A stretch of DNA of 64,000 nt from Gemmatimonadales bacterium (GTDB taxonomy: Bacteria > Gemmatimonadota > Gemmatimonadetes > Gemmatimonadales > Gemmatimonadaceae). This document shows, in pieces, positions 59,147 through 64,000 of the stretch; the first letter of the stretch is position 1; every line of letters starts with the position of its first letter. The stretch covers positions 9,140 to 73,139 of the forward strand of contig JBBRFQ010000001.1 of assembly GCA_038224035.1 (NCBI GenBank), written 5' to 3'. The notes beneath the pieces were generated by a model, which saw only the letters and a list, made by a program, of their open reading frames with translations, made no database searches and had not been told where the DNA came from. The position numbers and the translations under genes are program-made.

Positions 59147-59199
59147 GCAGGCTCCGGTGTCTTGACGGCTAAGACGACCGCGCTGGCGGTCAGGCCGAG

Positions 59200-60813
59200 T
59201 CAGGGCCTCTCGCGGAATGCCTGCGTCAACACACGGCCGTCCACCTTCTCCGTCACGCGCAGGCCGAGCGTCGCGGCGAGCGTGGGCGCCAGATCCACGA
59301 CGCGCACCACGCTGTTGTCACGCGCGGACCGGAATGGCGCGCCCCAGAAGATCAGCGGGACATGCGCGTCGTAGTCGTGCGGACTGCCATGCGTCGCCAC
59401 ATTGCCGCGTCCGAAAATACTGTACGGATTCAGCGTGACCACGGCGGCCACATCCCCACCGGGGCGAAACATGTGCAACCATCGCCGCGCGATGGCGTCC
59501 TGCACGGTGTCGGCCTTGGCCAGCTCGTCAATGAGATCCACGCGCATCACACCCGGAACGGAGCGCGCCGACTTCGCGAACGCTTCAGCAATATTGCGGA
59601 TATCGCGATCGCGGCCCCGGATCATCGCGCGATCCACCGAGAACGTGAATCCGTCGAAATCGAGCGCTTCGAGTGGGAACCGCGCCTGCGAGGCACGCGC
59701 CGCCGACGCAGTGATGGCCGGCTGAAACTCATCGAGCATCACGCGATGCGCGCCGCTGTTGTCTACCTGCACGGACCGCATGTCCGGGCTGGGCGCGACA
59801 CCGTGATCGCTCGTCAACGCGATGATCAGCTTGTTCTCACCCAGTCGCGCCGTCAGCGAATCAATGAACGCTCCCAGCGAACGGTCGAGACGCAGAATAT
59901 GGTCATGCATCTCCCGCGACTCCGGGCCCCAGCGATGTCCGACCGCATCGGTGGTGGAGAGTGAGACGGCCAGCAGATCGATGTGGCCACGCTGCCCAAG
60001 CTGCATTTCGCGCACCCCGCGCCAGGCAAAATCCAACGTGAGTTCGTCCATGAACGGAAACGAAATGAGCATGTTGGTGGCCGTCAGCGTGTCGTTCGGC
60101 ATGTCGTAGGGAAACACGAAGCTCTGACCGAAACTCTCAAAGACCACCGTGTCCGGTTCAGCGTACGCGGAGTCGGGGAGCAACAGGTCCCACCGACGTC
60201 CCGCGAACCGGTTCATCACGGGCTGCTCCGCGTTGAACGCGTTGACCCAGTTCGGAAGCTCGGCGCCGTACCAGGTGCTGGTGGTAAACGTGCCGTTGGA
60301 CGACGCATACCAGAACACCGAGTGCTGGCCACGTCCGATCGGCAGAATCGCGCCGCGATCTTTTCGCGAGACCGAGAGCACGCGCGTCTCCGCATCCGCG
60401 CTCACCATCCAGTCGGCGAGGGTCGTTCCGCGAAAACGATCGGGACTCGCGCCCATGCCCGACGCGCCAAGCAGTGGGCTGTCGTTCGTGTTGACGCCCG
60501 CAAGATTCGCGGCGATGCCGGTACTGTAGGGAAATCGGCCGGACAGGATGGAGGCGTGCCCGGGCGCCGTCTCCGTGATGGCGTGATCGTGGAACGCCTC
60601 CGTGAACACCGCGCCCTCCGTGGTGAGCCGGCGCAACCCACCGGTGAGCTGGTCACGCCAGCGGTCGAGGAGCGCGGGAGTCAGCTGGTCGATCGTGACC
60701 ACCACGACGAGCGCGGGGGCGGCCGCTCGCCCGGACGGGACGGCCGAGGACGTCTGCTGGGCGTGAGCACAGCCGGTGGCGATCAGGCTCGCGACAATGA
60801 GAAGTCGAATCAC
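59200..60813 (-). CDS. Alkaline phosphatase family protein (PafA-like / nucleotide pyrophosphatase-phosphodiesterase superfamily), lipoprotein
   Basis: Lipoprotein signal (SLIATGCAHAQ), VVVTIDQL, TETAPGHASILSG and SDHG metal/nucleophile motifs, at about 540 aa. Confidence 0.75.
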   Translation of the reverse strand: MIRLLIVASLIATGCAHAQQTSSAVPSGRAAAPALVVVVTIDQLTPALLDRWRDQLTGGLRRLTTEGAVFTEAFHDHAITETAPGHASILSGRFPYSTGIAANLAGVNTNDSPLLGASGMGASPDRFRGTTLADWMVSADAETRVLSVSRKDRGAILPIGRGQHSVFWYASSNGTFTTSTWYGAELPNWVNAFNAEQPVMNRFAGRRWDLLLPDSAYAEPDTVVFESFGQSFVFPYDMPNDTLTATNMLISFPFMDELTLDFAWRGVREMQLGQRGHIDLLAVSLSTTDAVGHRWGPESREMHDHILRLDRSLGAFIDSLTARLGENKLIIALTSDHGVAPSPDMRSVQVDNSGAHRVMLDEFQPAITASAARASQARFPLEALDFDGFTFSVDRAMIRGRDRDIRNIAEAFAKSARSVPGVMRVDLIDELAKADTVQDAIARRWLHMFRPGGDVAAVVTLNPYSIFGRGNVATHGSPHDYDAHVPLIFWGAPFRSARDNSVVRVVDLAPTLAATLGLRVTEKVDGRVLTQAFRERP

Positions 60814-60905
60814 GGAGCGTGTGTGCGAAGGGTTTCAGGGAAACTATCTGTCGAACACCATTTGTGCCGTTGTGGTCCGGCGCGCGAGGCTCCATTATCG
60901 CCGTC

Positions 60906-61922
60906 ATGAACTGGCTTCTCGAGCATCCCCTGTGGCGAAATGCCGTGGCCCGCGTGATCGTTTACTACGCGCTCTTCGGCACCCTTGCCGCCATCGTGTA
61001 CCGATACGTCCCCTCAGCCTGGGGCGTGCTCGGCGGCGAGTCGCTGACCGACCTCATGGTGCCGCCCGGCTCCGCGTCCACGGCTGGTGGACAGGGCCCG
61101 ACGCCGCTGGCGACCGTTATTGCCATGCTGACCGCGTTTGCCACTTCGCTCCCGGTGGCCTGGATTTATACGCTGACGCGGCGCAAGAAGGGCTACCAGC
61201 AGTCGATCGTCCAGACGTATCTCATCTTGCCCGTGGTGGTTGCCGGCATCGTGGTGCTCGTCAAATACTCGCTGGCGCTGGCCTTCTCGCTCGGCGGCAT
61301 TGTCGCGGCGGTTCGGTTCCGGACGACGCTTGATGACAGCAAGGATGCGACCGGCATTTTCGTGGTGACGGGCATCGGCATGGCGGCGGCAGTCGCACCC
61401 AGTGTTTCATGGGTGATTTCGGGTGGGTTCAACGCACTCATGCTCGGCTTGTGGTACACCGATTTCGGCCGCCCATCGGCTCTCGAAGGCAAGACCGCGG
61501 AAAAACGTATGCAACGGGCGCTCGCGGTCGCGAATCGCACCGGCATGTTTGTGGCCAAGCTCGACGATGAAGTGCTCAAGTCGCTGTCACCGGAGCAACT
61601 GGAGGCCATCGCCGACCGAGCGTGGCGCCGTCGCAAACGCAACGCCAGCGACGAGCAGGAGACGGGGGAGCGCGAAGCACCGGCCGCGTTCGAACATCTG
61701 TTGCGCATTCACACGATGGATATCGAGGCGACGCGCGCGGCCGTGGAGCCTTTCTTCAATGGGTATTTCTCCCGGTGGAAGTTCATGGGCTCGGTGCAGC
61801 AGGATGAGTTGCGCATCGCCGAATATGGCGTCACGTTTTCCGAGACCGTGACGATCGGTGTGGTGAGCGATGACCTTCGCGCCATCCCGGGTACACCTGT
61901 CCGCAAACTGGAGCTGCGATGA
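60906..61922 (+). CDS. DUF4956-like membrane protein with soluble C-terminal extension
   Basis: The signature AAVRFRTTLDDSKDATGIFVVTGIGMAAAV sits in a 4-5 TM core. About 150 aa of charged C-terminal extension follow. The start was set at ATG MNWLLEHPLW. Confidence 0.6.
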   Translation: MNWLLEHPLWRNAVARVIVYYALFGTLAAIVYRYVPSAWGVLGGESLTDLMVPPGSASTAGGQGPTPLATVIAMLTAFATSLPVAWIYTLTRRKKGYQQSIVQTYLILPVVVAGIVVLVKYSLALAFSLGGIVAAVRFRTTLDDSKDATGIFVVTGIGMAAAVAPSVSWVISGGFNALMLGLWYTDFGRPSALEGKTAEKRMQRALAVANRTGMFVAKLDDEVLKSLSPEQLEAIADRAWRRRKRNASDEQETGEREAPAAFEHLLRIHTMDIEATRAAVEPFFNGYFSRWKFMGSVQQDELRIAEYGVTFSETVTIGVVSDDLRAIPGTPVRKLELR

Positions 61923-63007
61923 TGCCACACATGGCGGGTTGTCACGCGCGATCGTCACGTTCGCGATGGTGGCGTTCGCGTTTCTCATGCCGCGTGGCGC
62001 TCCTGCTGACGGTACTGTTCGCGCCGTCGGCCACAGCGCACGCGCAGCCGCTCTTTCGGACGGATTCGGTGCTGACCGTCACGATTACCACCAATCTGCG
62101 CGAGCTGATTCGCGAGCGTGACTCCACCGAGTTGCAGTGGTTCGGCGCGGAGTTCGCCTATGCGGACGGCGACAGCACCGTGACGCTGCCGGTGGAACTG
62201 CGGGCGCGCGGGCACTTTCGCCGGCAGCGCTCCAACTGCGAGTTCCCGCCGCTGTTTGTCCGGGTGAAAGACCAGGACGCGCGCGGCACACAGTTGCAGG
62301 GGAATCCGCGCGTCAAGCTGGTCACGCCGTGTCGCCCGGGCAATGACGAGTATCAACAGTACATTCTGCTCGAGTATGGCGTGTATCGCACGTACGCTGC
62401 ACTCAATCCGATTCATCCGCGGACACGTCTGGCGCAGATTACGTATCGCGATTCGAGCGATCGCACCAAGCCGATCACGGTGCAAGCCTTCTTCAGCGAA
62501 ACCGAGGAGGAGGTGGCGAAGGAGTTCGACATGTCACTGCGCGACAATCTCACCGGCGCGCGATTCCGTGATCTTGACGCCCCCACGCTGCAATCGGTCG
62601 CGCTGTTCGCCCTCATGGTTGGCAGTGCGGACTGGTCCATCGGCGGATTGCACAACGTCTATCTGCTGCAGGATTCGTTGGGCACGTTCCGACCGGTGGC
62701 GTACGATTGGGATTGGGTGGGGCTGGTGAGCGCCCGGTACGCCAAACCGGACTACCGCCTTCCCATCAAGTCCGTCGCAGAGCGTTATTACATGGGGCCC
62801 TGCTACACCGCGGAGGAGTGGTCGGGCGGCGTGGCTCGGTATCTTGGCAGCCGTTCAGCCGTCGATGCTGTATGGAGTGCCATTCCCAACCTGACCGACA
62901 ACAGGCGCCAACAGGCGGCCCGATATCTGGGAGATTTTTGGAAGATTCTCGAAAACCCTCGCGAGCTCACCAGACTCACGAAGTCCTGCCGGCCAGAGGG
63001 CAACTGA
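61919..63007 (+). CDS. CotH-like (atypical kinase fold) secreted protein
   Basis: The pattern ELRARGHFRR..PPLFVRVKD..KLVTPC..DEYQQYILLEYGVYRTY..AFFSETEEEVAKEF..HNVYLLQD..AYDWDW parallels CotH family conserved blocks. It has a signal peptide. The ATG overlaps the upstream stop (ATGA). Confidence 0.55.
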   Translation: MMPHMAGCHARSSRSRWWRSRFSCRVALLLTVLFAPSATAHAQPLFRTDSVLTVTITTNLRELIRERDSTELQWFGAEFAYADGDSTVTLPVELRARGHFRRQRSNCEFPPLFVRVKDQDARGTQLQGNPRVKLVTPCRPGNDEYQQYILLEYGVYRTYAALNPIHPRTRLAQITYRDSSDRTKPITVQAFFSETEEEVAKEFDMSLRDNLTGARFRDLDAPTLQSVALFALMVGSADWSIGGLHNVYLLQDSLGTFRPVAYDWDWVGLVSARYAKPDYRLPIKSVAERYYMGPCYTAEEWSGGVARYLGSRSAVDAVWSAIPNLTDNRRQQAARYLGDFWKILENPRELTRLTKSCRPEGN

Positions 63008-64000
63008 TCAGTTGTTGGCGCGCCGCCGTGGCCGCCCTCGCGCTGGTCCTCGCCAGCTGTGATGGTGGCGGCGGTGCCGTGAACGATCCGCCGGTCGTTC
63101 GACCGCCCGAGAGATCGCAGCTGCTGATTCAGCTGTCCGGCGTGCCCGCGACCGGAACGGATCAGGCGCTCCGCGCGGCGGGCTTCGGTGTGCGGGTGCG
63201 TGGTCCGAATGGTCTCGACACCGTGCTGCTGCAGTCCGGCACCGTGCTGGCGAGCACCGGCGGTCGCTTCACGATCACGGCACAACGCGCGGAGTTTGAC
63301 TCGGTCCGGTACACTGCGGCCCCCGACTCGCAGTCAATCGACGTGGCGCTGGCGAGCACGCGGATTGCGTCGCTCACGTACAGCGCACTCACGGGCGGCC
63401 TCGATGTGCGCGCAATCGGCGGTCCACCAGACACCACGCGACTGTCTGCGCAGTTGCGCCATCCGGACGGACGCCTCGACACGCTGGTCTTGCCTTCGCG
63501 CCTCGCGTTGCTGGCGCCCGGGTCCTACGTGGTTACGCCGTCCCCGCGCACCGTGGATGGGGTCCTGTACGCACCGGCCCGGACGGCGGATACCGTGGTG
63601 GTGTCCGCCGGCCCGATCGCCGGCGCCACGGTGCTCGCATTTAACGCGCAACGTGCAATCGTGCGCCTGCTCGTGGTGGGTGTGCCAATGGCAGACAGGC
63701 TTGGGTTCGTCACCCTCGAAGGACTCGATCGCAGCGTGCGTACCATTCCCATCACGCCCGATACGCTGGTGTTTGCCGAACTGCCAGCCGGCACATTCAT
63801 TCTCAGGCCGCAGACCTTCGACACCGAACGTGCACGATACGCGGCGCAAAAGCCGGCCGATACGATTGTTGTTGCGGCCGGCAGCCGTCTTACGCAGCCC
63901 CTCACCTTCAATCGCTTGACCGCCTCACTGGGAGTCGCCGTCAGCGGGGTACCGGGCGGTTCGAATGCAGCGCTGACCGTGACCGGCCCCGGTGGATTTG
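63004..64000 (+). CDS. Hypothetical lipoprotein with repeated beta-rich (Ig-like) modules, partial (3' end outside the window; start codon uncertain)
   Basis: The frame is open from before 63004 to the window end. It is absent from the ORF track because no stop is reached. It reads ISCWRAAVAALALVLASCDGGGG (lipobox LASC), then Val/Thr/Pro/Arg-rich beta-type sequence, with strong third-position GC bias. Candidate starts are CTG 63004, GTG 63028 and TTG 62938. Confidence 0.5.
   Translation, partial: MISCWRAAVAALALVLASCDGGGGAVNDPPVVRPPERSQLLIQLSGVPATGTDQALRAAGFGVRVRGPNGLDTVLLQSGTVLASTGGRFTITAQRAEFDSVRYTAAPDSQSIDVALASTRIASLTYSALTGGLDVRAIGGPPDTTRLSAQLRHPDGRLDTLVLPSRLALLAPGSYVVTPSPRTVDGVLYAPARTADTVVVSAGPIAGATVLAFNAQRAIVRLLVVGVPMADRLGFVTLEGLDRSVRTIPITPDTLVFAELPAGTFILRPQTFDTERARYAAQKPADTIVVAAGSRLTQPLTFNRLTASLGVAVSGVPGGSNAALTVTGPGGF

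Noticed and set aside
59176-59191. A small hairpin GACCGC-GCTG-GCGGTC between the convergent carbonic anhydrase and phosphatase genes, considered as a terminator.
   Set aside because: The stem is only 6 bp and there is no U-tract. This is too weak to annotate.
63188-63919. A 243-aa ORF on the + strand, and the minus-strand ORFs 63334..63849 and 63525..63911.
   Set aside because: They are Cys/Arg/Trp-rich with no features. A different + frame, open through the window end, encodes a convincing lipoprotein signal and shows better codon bias.

Overview
This 64-kb high-GC bacterial window is dominated by a structural feature. Positions 1..56236 form one perfect palindrome with no spacer. The arms are 1..28118 and 28119..56236, and coordinate x maps to 56237-x on the opposite strand. 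As a result, 28 protein-coding genes appear twice as exact mirror images. Only 56237..64000 is single-copy in the window.

The symmetry axis (28118|28119) lies inside a GC-rich, terminator-like hairpin 20 nt downstream of a GNAT acetyltransferase stop codon. The right end at 56236 is set by the window start, not by a real boundary. An intact gene (55346..56317) crosses it, so the palindrome may extend further.

The most likely explanation is a fold-back (snap-back) chimeric read or assembly artefact nucleated at a short native hairpin. Less likely real explanations are a very recent hairpin-primed inverted duplication, or read-through of a covalently closed hairpin telomere. Only raw reads or wet-lab tests can decide.

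Gene content of one arm is ordinary chromosomal and envelope-oriented:
- queuosine genes (queD; queE-queC)
- agmatine deiminase and N-carbamoylputrescine amidase with a TetR regulator
- an S9 peptidase, an M28 peptidase and a D-aminoacylase
- an NlpC/P60 hydrolase and a large BNR/sortilin-like protein
- YtxJ, DsbA-like and peroxiredoxin redox proteins
- TerC and TerB-like proteins
- a Phd/VapC toxin-antitoxin pair
- a MOFRL-type glycerate kinase
- several lipoproteins and orphan proteins

The single-copy part encodes a DUF983 protein, an ABC-2-like permease, a Can-type beta-carbonic anhydrase, a PafA-like alkaline phosphatase, a DUF4956 plus CotH-like pair, and a partial lipoprotein.

I recognised no rRNA, tRNA, CRISPR array, transposase or integrase. 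Many long ORFs in the track are antisense or out-of-frame shadows typical of high-GC DNA and are not called. The taxon is only a guess: a high-GC Gram-negative organism, possibly Gemmatimonadota-like.
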